Source: an uncultured Nitrospiraceae bacterium
GTDB taxonomy: Bacteria > Nitrospirota > Nitrospiria > Nitrospirales > Nitrospiraceae
Reading direction: 5' to 3'
Assembly (NCBI GenBank): GCA_963730935.1
Contig: CAVSTP010000003.1
Location: 384,001-448,000, forward strand
DNA length: 64,000 nucleotides
Shown here: positions 21,284 through 31,942 of the stretch, piece after piece
Layout: each line of letters begins with the position of its first letter
Position numbering within the stretch: position 1 is the stretch's first letter
The notes under the pieces: model-generated
Databases searched by the model: none
What the model was told of the DNA's origin: nothing
What the model saw: only the letters and a program-made list of their open reading frames with translations
Program-made: the position numbers and the translations under genes

Positions 21284-22003
21284 CTAGCGGGCAGGAAGTG
21301 CATTCTTACTGTGAGCGGGGGCCGATGTCGGTCCCTTGCCGCACGCCAGCTTCGACAGGGTCTCACCTAGACCCATGCGAGTTGGCATCCACGTTGCGGG
21401 TGAGAAGAGAGGAGAGCTCATATAGACGACGTTGCCGCTTCCCATGTGGCCTGAAAACTCAGTCACGCTGAGCATGCGCTTCATGGCTTCCTTACAATTG
21501 TATTCATTCTGAACTTTTTTGGACAAGTAGGCATGACCCACCGCCGACTGTGCGGTCTTATTGTCGTACAACACCGACATCTCCGCAATGTCTCCCTTGC
21601 GACGAATTGTGTCTGGATCAACATAAACTGTCTCTCCGGCCTCGACATTCACGCTCACCTGTACCCACTCTCCATACGCCGGCGCACTACTCAGTGTCAG
21701 CAGGGTAAGCAAGGCGAGGCGTTTCAGGTTGCGTTTCGGCTGGTGGGATTTCCGTTGGTCTCTTTGCGGCAGGCATTGTTCAGGTACGTCATGTCGAACA
21801 ATTGCTTCAGAGCAGACACGGGCTTCTTCATTCAAGTAATCCGGTCGCACATCCTCTCGCAGCACATGCTCTCGTTGACGCGCCAGATGATTCTCCACGC
21901 TGACCGAATCCTGAACCCGGCCGCATTTCAAACATCGCCACCTGGCCGTCCAGTCCATGAAACGATCTTCTACAAGGAGAGTTCCACAATGCGCACAGAT
22001 CAT
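21284..22003 (-). CDS. CxxC...CxxC Zn-ribbon peptide in frame with a surface-adhesin-E-like secreted domain
   Basis: CAHC...CLKC at N-terminus; internal signal peptide LKRLALLTLLTLSSAPAYG then EWV..VYVDPDTIRR..EYNC..LAC. Confidence 0.6.
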   Translation of the reverse strand: MICAHCGTLLVEDRFMDWTARWRCLKCGRVQDSVSVENHLARQREHVLREDVRPDYLNEEARVCSEAIVRHDVPEQCLPQRDQRKSHQPKRNLKRLALLTLLTLSSAPAYGEWVQVSVNVEAGETVYVDPDTIRRKGDIAEMSVLYDNKTAQSAVGHAYLSKKVQNEYNCKEAMKRMLSVTEFSGHMGSGNVVYMSSPLFSPATWMPTRMGLGETLSKLACGKGPTSAPAHSKNALPAR

Positions 22004-22546
22004 GTCGCCTCCAAATGAACAAGCTGGATGATCATGCAGACGACTCAGACCATCCTCTCCATCTGAGTTAACATACCTAGAGAATGAGGGGAAAGCTATC
22101 CCACGTTGGAATCAATACGCCTTCGAAAGTGGCATTACACTCTCCAATCTGAGGTTAGCACGCTTCCCCTCAACCTTCCTCCCGCCTCTTGCGACTCACT
22201 CTGACGCATTCCAACAATCGGTGACCAAAATCTCGGGCTTTGGCTGGAGCGGACTGGGATCAAGACCCAAAGCCTGACATTCGCCTTGGTAGTCGTAAAG
22301 ACCTCTGGGAACGAAAAGGTGATGCTTGATGCCAACTCCTGGCAACGAATGCCATCAAAATTTGTCATTCCGCAACATTTTTGTTCATGCGGAACAGCAC
22401 GTGATTCTCTCAAATGACCTGAATGTAGCGGGATTTGCTGCATATGGTGATCAATGGAGTTCAGGTCCGAAGCTTGCTGAGCATGCAATAGGTTAGAGGA
22501 ACAACAGTCCCTTGTTATGTAGGCCCATCCACAAAGAAGGACGAGA

Positions 22547-22888
22547 ATGAAACAGCTGAAGAGCATCATGGCGATAACCGTGTGTGCCGCTGTTATGTCT
22601 ACAGGGGTCGCATTCGCCTCCATGGACGGGCTGGATACCGCCAAGATGGAGACCGCGCCCGGACCAGCCTTTACTACCGTCGATGGAAAGATCACAAAAA
22701 TCGAAGGATCGGTGTACACGATTCAAAGCGAATCGACAGGGTATCAGAACCTCGGCAACACGACGAACGTCAGCGAGATGAAGATCTACGTCGGCCAGCA
22801 AACCAAGAAACTCCACGGGGACAAGAAGGTAGGAGATAAGGTGCGGGCTGAGATCACGCGGGGCGGTTTTGCTAATTCCATTCAGTGA
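22547..22888 (+). CDS. Small secreted beta-rich protein
   Basis: Signal peptide ending AFA; G.ITKIEG..Y.I and KVGDKVRAE pattern; AAGGA RBS. Confidence 0.8.
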   Translation: MKQLKSIMAITVCAAVMSTGVAFASMDGLDTAKMETAPGPAFTTVDGKITKIEGSVYTIQSESTGYQNLGNTTNVSEMKIYVGQQTKKLHGDKKVGDKVRAEITRGGFANSIQ

Positions 22889-22964
22889 GGGGCACCCCCC
22901 TCGCATGAACCTGGCGAAGTAAGTGATGACGTCCATTCCAAGAGGTAGATCATAGGTCACTACG

Positions 22965-24629
22965 GTGGTACGCGTGAGGAATCAACCCATCCGACACACC
23001 GATAGAGAACTGCGAGCCTTCACCCCATACATCCCCTTCGCCGTAGGTCTCAGGGCACAAGCTACCTGTCTTCCAGGCTCAACAAGTCACTGTCGGGTCA
23101 TTCGTCAAACGGTGTGCGCCATCGGTATCACTGTCGGATTCTGTCTGCTCCTATTTGCTCTGTGGGTTCCCCCACGGACTGCCTGCGCGGCAGAGCCGGC
23201 GATGATCGACCCCCGAACACTGACTTTTAATGCAATTGAATTTGTCCCGCCGGAACCAGACCGTGTGGTTCTGGAAAACGGCATGGTGATTTATTTATTG
23301 GAAGACCATGAACTCCCGCTGATCACGATTGGCGTGTTGATGCGAACCGGCAGTTGGCTTGATCCGCCTGACAAAGTTGGCCTCGCTGCCTTGACCGGAA
23401 ACGTCATGCAGAGCGGAGGAGGAGGCGGCTTGTCGGCGGCAGAGGTCGATGACGAACTGACACAGTTCGCCGGACGAATGACTATTGCGATAGGCCGGCA
23501 GTCGGGATCCGCATCCCTAGACGTGATGCCGAAGGACGTTCAGCAAGCGTTGCGTCTTTTCGCTGGCGTACTGCGGACACCCGCATTCGATCCTGCGCGT
23601 GTGGATCTTGCTAAGCTACAGGCCATTGAGCGGATCCGCAGACGAGAGGACGAGCCCGAGTCCATCGCCAGTCGTGAATTCACCAAGCTGCTTTACGGTC
23701 CCGGTCACCCCACCGCACGGGAAAGTTCCATTGAATCAGTGGCACGCATTCGCAGAGAAGATCTCATCGCCTTTCATCAGAATACAATCCATCCCAACGG
23801 AATCATTCTCGGTGTCACCGGCGATTTCATAAAGGACGAGATGGTGGCATCGCTCCGGGAGGCATTTGGAGATTGGCGGAGGGGACCTGTGCCGGAAGTC
23901 AAAATTGACGATGTTCCGGAGAGTGAGGCCGCAAGAGCGGTGGTTCACTTCATCAGTAAAGACACCTCACAGACTCATCTTCGAGCGGGGCGTCTGTCGG
24001 TCAAGGAAACCGATGCGGATTACGTCCCTCTGCTGGTAGCCAACGATATTTTGGGCGGCAATTCGCTTATCGGACGGCTGTTCAATGAAGTGCGGACGAA
24101 GCGGGGGCTGGCGTACTCGGTTGGCAGCGAGCTGAGTACGGGGATATACAATCAAGGCATGTGGCTCGTGTGGGCCGAAACTAAGATGCCCTCTACGAAG
24201 GAAGTCCTTGGACAGTTGGTCTCAAACATCGAGCGAATGCGAGCGGAACCCGTGAGCGACGCGGAACTGACTCAAGCCAAAGACTCCTATGTGAATTCGT
24301 CGGTCTTTGACGTGTCCAGCTCATCGAAGATCGTGAGCCGGCTCATGAAATTGGAGTACGATCGTTTGCCGAAAGATTTTTATCAGCAGCTCCGCGAAAA
24401 GATTCTCATGGTATCGAAGGAAGATATTTTGGCTGTCGGGAGGAAATATCTTCGGGGGGATCACTTGAAAATCGTCGCCGTGGGATCGGGCGAGACACTG
24501 TCCGAAGCGCTTTCGACATTTGGCAATGTGAAGGAAATTAGCCTGAATTCTGAGGGTGAAATGCACGGGGTGATGACGAGCCAGCTCTGCTTTGATAACT
24601 CCCAAAGTGACCCTTCCTGTTCCCGTTGA
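22965..24629 (+). CDS. M16 (pitrilysin) family protein, non-catalytic type
   Basis: LENGM.IYLLEDHELP, RLFNEVRTKRGLAYSV; GLAALTGNVM replaces HxxEH; true start probably downstream. Confidence 0.85.
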   Translation: MVRVRNQPIRHTDRELRAFTPYIPFAVGLRAQATCLPGSTSHCRVIRQTVCAIGITVGFCLLLFALWVPPRTACAAEPAMIDPRTLTFNAIEFVPPEPDRVVLENGMVIYLLEDHELPLITIGVLMRTGSWLDPPDKVGLAALTGNVMQSGGGGGLSAAEVDDELTQFAGRMTIAIGRQSGSASLDVMPKDVQQALRLFAGVLRTPAFDPARVDLAKLQAIERIRRREDEPESIASREFTKLLYGPGHPTARESSIESVARIRREDLIAFHQNTIHPNGIILGVTGDFIKDEMVASLREAFGDWRRGPVPEVKIDDVPESEAARAVVHFISKDTSQTHLRAGRLSVKETDADYVPLLVANDILGGNSLIGRLFNEVRTKRGLAYSVGSELSTGIYNQGMWLVWAETKMPSTKEVLGQLVSNIERMRAEPVSDAELTQAKDSYVNSSVFDVSSSSKIVSRLMKLEYDRLPKDFYQQLREKILMVSKEDILAVGRKYLRGDHLKIVAVGSGETLSEALSTFGNVKEISLNSEGEMHGVMTSQLCFDNSQSDPSCSR

Positions 24630-25112
24630 CCGTGAGTGTCCAGTCGTTTCTATTGGCCCGCCCTTCCGCTCATAGAATAATCGAGACGCCCGTCGTGTGG
24701 TCGTAGAGTCTAAGCGGCGTGAGCGTACTGAGCGCTAGTACCGTTAAAGCGGCGACGTAATAGGAAATGGTGGAGGGCAGCCGATCCAACCGTCGTTGGT
24801 ATCTCTCCTTCTCTTTGACATTCCACGAGTTGCCTGGCGGCCTAGATGCCCGACCAGCGGTCAAGCAGACTAGAACAGAATGGCTCCGCTGCCGAATCCT
24901 CGCCCCGATCCTTGGCGGAATCTTCGAACAGTAACCTCAAATATTACACAGCCCTTACAAAACTTTTACACACAACAGCCTTCACGCATCCGCCTTTCGC
25001 AAGATGATAGGCTGAAAAGACCTGCGCTATCACATGCTATCAATTGCGACAACCGTGAATAATTCGTCATTTTTGGCAATGGGTATGCGCACCGCTCTTA
25101 GTCTCCCACTTT

Positions 25113-25168
25113 TTCAGTAACACAATCGTCCTACCCTCAAAAGATGGGGCTTCCCCCCTTAATGATTT
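25113..25168 (+). promoter_or_regulatory. Conserved upstream motif, copy 1 (FG-GAP genes)
   Basis: TCAGTAAC..CCTACCCTCAAAAGATGGGGCTTCCCCCCTTAATGAT, repeated before all three paralogs. Confidence 0.65.
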
Positions 25169-25248
25169 TATAAAAATTTTGTAACACGGGTATAAGATGC
25201 AAGTCTGGAATTTGGTAATGAATCAACAATTCTTGTAGGAGATAGGAA

Positions 25249-26757
25249 ATGACGGAATTGTCACGACGGACCGCCTTCACGATGCTCCCGATGTTTCTGG
25301 TAGCAGGCTTCTTCCTTAGCGCGTGTGGTAGTGGTGGTGATGGCGCAAACGGCAGTACTTCGTCGTCTGGCTCCCCAGCACCGATCGTGGCGCAGCTCGT
25401 TCAACAAGGCTATCTCAAAGCGTCGAATACTAATGCTGACGATCTCTTTGGATTTAATGTCGCGCTTTCCGGTGACACGCTGGTCGTCGGAGCCCCGCAG
25501 GAAGACAGTAACGCGACCGGAGTGAATGGCAATCAAGCCGACAATAGCGCGCCAAACAGCGGCGCCGTCTATGTGTTCACGCGCACCGGTGGAGTCTGGA
25601 CTCAGCAGGCCTATCTCAAGGCCTCCAATACCGATGCTGGGGACCAGTTCGGAGTCTTCATTGCCCTCTCAGGCGACACACTCGCGGTGGGCGCTCAGTT
25701 TGAGGCCAGCAATGCAACGGGGGTCAATGGCGATCAGACCGACAATAGCGCGCCACAGGCCGGAGCGGTCTATGTGTTCACGCGTGCCAATGGGGTCTGG
25801 ACACAGCAGGCCTATCTCAAAGCCTCAAATACCGGTGCAGGAGACCAGTTTGGAGTCAACGTGGCCATCGCAGGCGACACCTTAGCCGTCGGAGCGTACG
25901 GCGAGGCCAGCAATGCCACTGGCATCAATGGCAATGAGGCGGACGATAGTGTGCCCGGCAGCGGAGCGGTCTATGTGTTCACGCGTATCGCGGGCGTCTG
26001 GACGCAGCAGGCCTATCTCAAAGCCTCAAACGCCGGCGGCTTATTCGGATACGGTCTTGCACTCGCGGGCGACACACTTGCGGTGGGCGCTCCGTTTGAA
26101 GCCAGTAACGCGACGGGCATCAATGGTGATCAGACCGACAATAGTGCACCCAACGCCGGAGCGGCTTATGTCTTCACGCGTACAGCGGGAGTCTGGTCTC
26201 AGCAAGCCTATCTCAAAGCTTCGAACACCGATGCCGGGGACAGATTTGGTGAAGACGTCGTTCTTGACGGTGATACCCTTGCGGTCGGAGCGCGGTTTGA
26301 AGCCAGTAACGCGACGGGCATCAATGGTGATCAGACGGACAATAGTGCGCCCAACGCGGGAGCGGCTTATGTCTTCACACGGGCGGCCGGAGTCTGGTCT
26401 CAGCAAGCCTATGTCAAGGCCTCAAACGCTGGAGCCAATCACAATTTCGGCGGGATACTCACCATCGCCGGAGATCTCCTGGCCGTTGGTGCACGGCTCG
26501 AAGATAGCGATGCGACCGGGATCAATGGCAATCAGGGGAACAGCAACGCGCCTGACAGCGGCGCCGCCTATGTCTTCGCGAGAAGCGGCGGAGCGTGGAC
26601 ACAGAAAGCCTATCTGAAAGCCTCCAACACGAATGCAGGAGCTCAATTTGGGGATGCTGTCGCGCTTTCTGGCAGTTCTCTGGCCGTTGGCGCATGGTTT
26701 GAAGCGAACAACAGCGCTCCAAAGAGCGGGGCCGTCTATGTATTCGACGGGCTGTAA
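25249..26757 (+). CDS. FG-GAP/integrin-like 7-blade beta-propeller lipoprotein 1
   Basis: Lipobox LSAC; seven QQAYLKASN..FG..VA..GA..GAVYVF repeats. Confidence 0.88.
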   Translation: MTELSRRTAFTMLPMFLVAGFFLSACGSGGDGANGSTSSSGSPAPIVAQLVQQGYLKASNTNADDLFGFNVALSGDTLVVGAPQEDSNATGVNGNQADNSAPNSGAVYVFTRTGGVWTQQAYLKASNTDAGDQFGVFIALSGDTLAVGAQFEASNATGVNGDQTDNSAPQAGAVYVFTRANGVWTQQAYLKASNTGAGDQFGVNVAIAGDTLAVGAYGEASNATGINGNEADDSVPGSGAVYVFTRIAGVWTQQAYLKASNAGGLFGYGLALAGDTLAVGAPFEASNATGINGDQTDNSAPNAGAAYVFTRTAGVWSQQAYLKASNTDAGDRFGEDVVLDGDTLAVGARFEASNATGINGDQTDNSAPNAGAAYVFTRAAGVWSQQAYVKASNAGANHNFGGILTIAGDLLAVGARLEDSDATGINGNQGNSNAPDSGAAYVFARSGGAWTQKAYLKASNTNAGAQFGDAVALSGSSLAVGAWFEANNSAPKSGAVYVFDGL

Positions 26758-26829
26758 GGTTATCAACGAATGACTTCATTCTTAGGATAGGGGGCCGCTG
26801 CACATGGGTTGGATGCTCGCGACAGTTGT

Positions 26830-26886
26830 TTCAGTAACATGTTTTCCCTACATCCAAAAGATGGGGGTCCCCCCCTTAATGATTTT
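26830..26886 (+). promoter_or_regulatory. Conserved upstream motif, copy 2
   Basis: TCAGTAAC..CCTACATCCAAAAGATGGGGGTCCCCCCCTTAATGAT. Confidence 0.65.
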
Positions 26887-26966
26887 GGAAGAATCTGACA
26901 TTGAGAATATATGATGTACGCACGGTAGTTAGTGATATGAGGCAATTCTAACCGTAGGAGCTAGAA

Positions 26967-28535
26967 ATGACGCGATTGTCCAGAAGGCCACTGTCCTCAA
27001 CACTCTCACTATTGCTCTTGGCAGGCCTGTTCCTTAGCGCGTGTAGTGGTGGTGGGGATGGAAGCGCAAGCACTCCGCCGGAAAGCACTCCGCCGGGAAG
27101 CACTCCGCCGTCTACACCCCCACCCCCACCGCCACCCCCACCGCCCGTGGCACAGCTCATTCAACAAGGCTATCTCAAAGCGTCCAATACCGGCATTAAC
27201 GATAACCTTGGGTTTAATGTCGCACTTTCCGGCGATACGCTGGTTGTCGGCTCCCCGCAGGAGGGAAGTAGTGCGACCGGGGTGAATGGCGATCAAGCGA
27301 ACAATAACGCGCAAAACAGCGGAGCCGTCTATGTGTTCACGCGGACCGCGGGAGTCTGGAGCCAGCAGGCCTATCTCAAGGCCTCGAATACCGACGCTAA
27401 CGACCAGTTCGGGGTGAGCGTGGCGATCTCAGGCGACACGATCGCGGTGGGCGCTCAGTTTGAGGACAGTAATGGCATTCAGAGCGACAATAGCGCGCAA
27501 GACAGCGGAGCCGTCTATGTGTTCACACGGACCGGAGGGGCGTGGACGCAGCAGGCCTACCTCAAAGGTCATAATACCGAAGCGGGCGACCAGTTCGGCG
27601 TCAGCGTGGCCGTGCAAGGCGACACGTTAGCCGTCGGAGCGATCGGCGAGGCCAGCGAAGCGACGGGCATCAATCATGATGGGAGTAACAATAACGCGCC
27701 AGGCAGCGGCGCCGTCTACGTGTTCACGCGGACCGCAGGGGTCTGGTCTCAGCAAGCCTATGTCAAAGCCTCAAACCACGGAGGCCTATTCGGGAATAGT
27801 GTTGCTCTTGCCGGCGACACGCTCGCGGTGGGCGCTCAGTTTGAGGCCAGTAATGCGACGGGTGTGAATGGCAACGAGGCGGACAATAGTGCGCCGCTCG
27901 CCGGAGCGGTGTATGTGTTCACGCGGACCGGAGGGAACTGGACTCAGCAGGCCTATGTCAAAGCCTCGAATACCGATGCCGGGGACAGATTCGGGGAAGA
28001 TGTCGCTCTCGACGGTGACACCCTTGTGGTCGGAGCGCGGTTTGAAGCCAGTGCTTCGAGCGGGGTCAACGGCAATCAAGCCGACAATAGTGTGAACAAC
28101 TCGGGAGCCGCCTATGTGTTCACGCGGACTGCGGGCGTCTGGTCTCAGCAAGCCTATCTCAAAGCCTCCCACGCTGAAAATAGTAACAATTTCGCCGGAA
28201 CCGTTACCATTGCTGGAGACATCGTGGCTGTTGGCGCACGGCTCGAGGACAGCGGGTCGACCGGGATCAATGGTAATCAGGTGAGCAATAGCGCACCGGA
28301 CAGCGGCGCGGTCTATGTGTTCAAGCGTACCGCCGGGGTTTGGGAGCAGACAGATTATCTAAAAGCCTCCAACACGAACGCGGGAGACCAGTTTGGGGAT
28401 GCTGTCGCTCTCTCTGGCAATACGCTGGCCGTTGGAGCATGGTTTGAAGCCAGCAGTGCGACCGGCGTGAATGGCAATCAGGCCGACAACAACGCTCCCA
28501 ATAGCGGGGCCGCCTACGTGTTCGACGGGCTGTAA
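26967..28535 (+). CDS. FG-GAP beta-propeller lipoprotein 2
   Basis: Lipobox LSAC, poly-Pro linker, seven blades. Confidence 0.88.
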   Translation: MTRLSRRPLSSTLSLLLLAGLFLSACSGGGDGSASTPPESTPPGSTPPSTPPPPPPPPPPVAQLIQQGYLKASNTGINDNLGFNVALSGDTLVVGSPQEGSSATGVNGDQANNNAQNSGAVYVFTRTAGVWSQQAYLKASNTDANDQFGVSVAISGDTIAVGAQFEDSNGIQSDNSAQDSGAVYVFTRTGGAWTQQAYLKGHNTEAGDQFGVSVAVQGDTLAVGAIGEASEATGINHDGSNNNAPGSGAVYVFTRTAGVWSQQAYVKASNHGGLFGNSVALAGDTLAVGAQFEASNATGVNGNEADNSAPLAGAVYVFTRTGGNWTQQAYVKASNTDAGDRFGEDVALDGDTLVVGARFEASASSGVNGNQADNSVNNSGAAYVFTRTAGVWSQQAYLKASHAENSNNFAGTVTIAGDIVAVGARLEDSGSTGINGNQVSNSAPDSGAVYVFKRTAGVWEQTDYLKASNTNAGDQFGDAVALSGNTLAVGAWFEASSATGVNGNQADNNAPNSGAAYVFDGL

Positions 28536-28564
28536 GGTCATCGACGAACGACTTCATTTTGGTC

Positions 28565-28589
28565 GGCGCACCGAACTCATCGGTGCGCC
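28565..28589. terminator. Hairpin after FG-GAP gene 2
   Basis: GGCGCACCGA-ACTCA-TCGGTGCGCC perfect 10-bp stem; no clear U tract. Confidence 0.4.
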
Positions 28590-28599
28590 ACCTGCCTAC

Positions 28600-28652
28600 T
28601 CAGTAGCAGGCTTTTCCTACACCCAAAAGATGGAGTCCTCCCCCTTAATGAT
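28600..28652 (+). promoter_or_regulatory. Conserved upstream motif, copy 3
   Basis: TCAGTAGC..CCTACACCCAAAAGATGGAGTCCTCCCCCTTAATGAT. Confidence 0.65.
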
Positions 28653-28736
28653 ATGGTAACAATCTGAGATTGTGGGTATACGATGCATCCGTTGTAGTTA
28701 GTGATATCAGAGCAATTTAATCCGTAGGAGCTATAA

Positions 28737-30296
28737 ATGACGCGATTGTCCAGAAGGCCACTGTCCTCAACATTCTCACTATTGCTGTTGGCAGGCCTGT
28801 TCCTTGGCGCCTGTAGTGGTGGTGGTGATGGTGGAACCGCAAGTACTCCGCCGGGAAGCAGTCCGCCGTCTGGACCTCCACCCCCACCGCCTGTGCTGCA
28901 GCTCGTTCAACAAGGCTACCTCAAGGCGTCAAATACCAATACTAACGATCAATTTGGATACTTTATTGCGTTTTCCGGTGACACGCTGGTTGTGGGTGCC
29001 CCGCAGGAGGGGAGTAATGCCACCGGGGTGAATGGCGACCAAGCGAACAATAGCGCGCCAAACAGCGGAGCCGTCTATGTCTTCACGCGGACCGGTGGAG
29101 TCTGGGCGCAGCAGGCCTATCTCAAGGCCTCGAATACGAATGCTGGAGACCAATTCGGCGTCAGCGTGGCTATCTCAGGCGACACGCTCGCGGTGGGCGC
29201 TATGTTTGAAGACAGTAATGCGACGGGGGTGAATGGCAACCAAGCGGACAATAGTGCGTCAAGCAGCGGAGCCGTGTATGTGTTCACGCGGATCGCGGGC
29301 GTCTGGACTCAACAAGCCTATCTCAAAGCCTCGAATACCGATGCGGGCGATAACTTCGGCGTCACCGTTGCTCTCAAAGATGACACCTTAGCTGTCGCGG
29401 CGTATTCCGAGGCCAGCAATGCCACGGGGGTCAATGGCAATGAGGCGGACAATAGTGAGCCAGGCAGTGGCGCCGTCTATGTGTTCACGCGTACCGCTGG
29501 CGTCTGGTCTCAGCAAGCCTACGTCAAGCCCTCAAACTCTGGGGGGCTGTTCGGGTATGGTGTTGCTCTGGTCGGCGACACGCTCGCGGTGGGCGCTCCG
29601 TTTGAAGCGAGTGCTGCAACGGGCGTGAATGGCAATCAGACCGACACGAGCGCGCCGCTCGCCGGAGCGGTGTATGTGTTCACACGGACCGCAGGGAACT
29701 GGTCTCAGCAAGCCTATCTCAAAGCCTCCAATACCGATGCCGGAGACAGATTTGGTCACGACCTCCAGATTGATGGTGAGACTCTTGCGGTAGGAGCTCG
29801 ATTTGAAGCCAGTGCTGTGGGCGGGGTCAATGCCAATCAAAGCGACAATAGTGCGCCGAACGCCGGTGCGGTCTATATCTTTACGCGGACCGGTGGCGCC
29901 TGGTCTCAGCAAGCCTATCTCAAAGCCTCGAACGCTGGAGCGAATAAGAATTTCAGCGGTAGTATCACAATCGAGGGAGATATGCTGGCCGTGGGTTCAC
30001 GGCTCGAGGATAGCGATGCGACCGGGATCGATGGCAATCAGGCGAACAGCAATGCGCCTGACAGCGGCGCGGTCTATCTATTCAAGCGCAGCGCCGGGGT
30101 TTGGACGCAGACACACTATCTGAAAGCGTCCAACGCGAACGCGGGAGACGAGTTTGGGGATAGTATCGCTCTTTCTGGTGGTGGTTTGGTCGTGGCCGGC
30201 TGGTTTGAAGCCAGTAATGCGACCGGAGTGAATGGCAATCAGACCGACAACAACGCTCCGATGAGCGGGGCCGTGTACATATTTGGGGAGGAATGA
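28737..30296 (+). CDS. FG-GAP beta-propeller lipoprotein 3
   Basis: Lipobox LGAC, poly-Pro linker, seven blades. Confidence 0.88.
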   Translation: MTRLSRRPLSSTFSLLLLAGLFLGACSGGGDGGTASTPPGSSPPSGPPPPPPVLQLVQQGYLKASNTNTNDQFGYFIAFSGDTLVVGAPQEGSNATGVNGDQANNSAPNSGAVYVFTRTGGVWAQQAYLKASNTNAGDQFGVSVAISGDTLAVGAMFEDSNATGVNGNQADNSASSSGAVYVFTRIAGVWTQQAYLKASNTDAGDNFGVTVALKDDTLAVAAYSEASNATGVNGNEADNSEPGSGAVYVFTRTAGVWSQQAYVKPSNSGGLFGYGVALVGDTLAVGAPFEASAATGVNGNQTDTSAPLAGAVYVFTRTAGNWSQQAYLKASNTDAGDRFGHDLQIDGETLAVGARFEASAVGGVNANQSDNSAPNAGAVYIFTRTGGAWSQQAYLKASNAGANKNFSGSITIEGDMLAVGSRLEDSDATGIDGNQANSNAPDSGAVYLFKRSAGVWTQTHYLKASNANAGDEFGDSIALSGGGLVVAGWFEASNATGVNGNQTDNNAPMSGAVYIFGEE

Positions 30297-30606
30297 CGAC
30301 GACCACCACCTATTGTCTCTGCTCTCGTGCGGAGTGAGCTTCGTGTTTCTGCCCACAATTCGCGTCCCGCTGCGAGCCGAACGGACGGCGAAATTCTAGC
30401 GCGTATTCCTGCAGCACGGACTTCTTACACTCCCGCCCGTGACCCTGACCAAGCGCCACCGGCGCGACTATCCGTACTGTCCATAGGAAAATAGGTAATT
30501 CCGAAATGTACGCTGACTAGGGCTATCCCTCACTAGACTTTTGCCCAGTGACAAGCCGAAACTGCCCGCCTTGGTGCGGTATCGTGCGACTCTGAGAACG
30601 ACATCG

Positions 30607-31461
30607 ATGACACGCGCAGTCATGATATTGATGCTTCTCCTGCTGGCCGGGTGTAGCGGCGGCACTTCCGGTGATGCGATGGCGCCCTCGCCGCAAGTGG
30701 AGCAACCTGCGAACCCGCCGCCAGTCACTCCTCCACCGACAGTTGTCACGCCCACCGTCAACGCAGGGCAGGATCAAACCGTTAAGATGGGCACCGTGGT
30801 CGCGTTGTCCGGCAGCAGCACGAGCACGGAGCCAAACCCCAGCTACCTCTGGCAATTCCTCAGCCTCCCCCAAGGCAGCACTGCGACTCTCACGGACGCG
30901 ACCACGCTCACGCCGACCTTCAAGCCGGATGTTACAGGCCTGTACGTTGTATCCCTCTCGCTCGAGGGCGGCCCGAGCGATTCGGTTACCATTGAGGTGC
31001 AGGCGAACCTCCTCACACTGCACTTCACCGGCACCTTTGGTCCCGATGGCACGGTGGACGGCACCTTCACGTATGAGATCACGCAAGGCCCCAACGACAT
31101 CAACGTGCGCAGTTTGCAACCCAATGTCATGTACCGGCTGACGAGTTGGAATATTGTCGTCAACAGCGGCCAGGTGGCGGATCTGTTGCCCTCCACGGTT
31201 TTTGATAGTTCTCAGCCGGACAATACGGCGGAGTTCTGTGAAGGCATTTGTATTTTCTCCAGCACGCCCCTCGCGGAGTTGCGCTTCCACAATACCGGTC
31301 CAGACATGCTGCAGTTGACGTTTCAACACGCGGACCCGACGCCGTTCATTAACCCGCCAGGAAGCCTTGCCGAGTGGGGAACTCATTTCCAGTCCCAGTA
31401 CCGCGTGCCCAACAATGTGCCGCTGGCGATTTTGGGCACCGGCAGTCTGACGGAGGGGTGA
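30607..31461 (+). CDS. Lipoprotein with PKD-like domain
   Basis: Lipobox LAGC; VNAGQDQTV..V.LSGS.S..Y.W..P.GS.A.L..PTFKPDVTGLY. Confidence 0.8.
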   Translation: MTRAVMILMLLLLAGCSGGTSGDAMAPSPQVEQPANPPPVTPPPTVVTPTVNAGQDQTVKMGTVVALSGSSTSTEPNPSYLWQFLSLPQGSTATLTDATTLTPTFKPDVTGLYVVSLSLEGGPSDSVTIEVQANLLTLHFTGTFGPDGTVDGTFTYEITQGPNDINVRSLQPNVMYRLTSWNIVVNSGQVADLLPSTVFDSSQPDNTAEFCEGICIFSSTPLAELRFHNTGPDMLQLTFQHADPTPFINPPGSLAEWGTHFQSQYRVPNNVPLAILGTGSLTEG

Positions 31462-31942
31462 GCCACGCGCGCACTCAACAGGGGAGAATTTGCCGGCTAG
31501 CAACGGTTAAGAATAAAATATGGTGAAAGGCACCCGCTTCTACCATCCTTAATCGACCCGCTCAAAGCCGTCATTGAAAACTTTGCACTGATCGTCTAGG
31601 TCATTAAATCTAGCGGGGACGAAAGATAACCCTCCGTCCCCTCTATGCGGACTAAGATTGGGTGTGATCCCCTCAGCTGGTTCGTCAGGCAGGTGCCAAG
31701 CCAAAGTAAGCTTTGTATGAAGCACCTTCTGTTGACACTACCGGACATCGTTTCCGACCTTCCGCTACTCGACGCTCTTGAGAAGTTCGCGACAGAGTTC
31801 ATGTTGGCCTAAAGCAGCACTGCATGGGAGGTCGCGAACAATCCGCCGCCGCATATAAAGACGAAGTTGATGAAATGAGGGCACATTGGAGTCGCGCAGG
31901 GAAGCGGAATGGTCGGGGATGGTGAGCAGCGGCTAACAGCTG

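Noticed and set aside
25074..25089. Sigma-54-like TGGCAATGGGTATGC before FG-GAP gene 1
   Set aside because: GG-N10-GC spacing fits but the match is weak and absent before the two paralogs.
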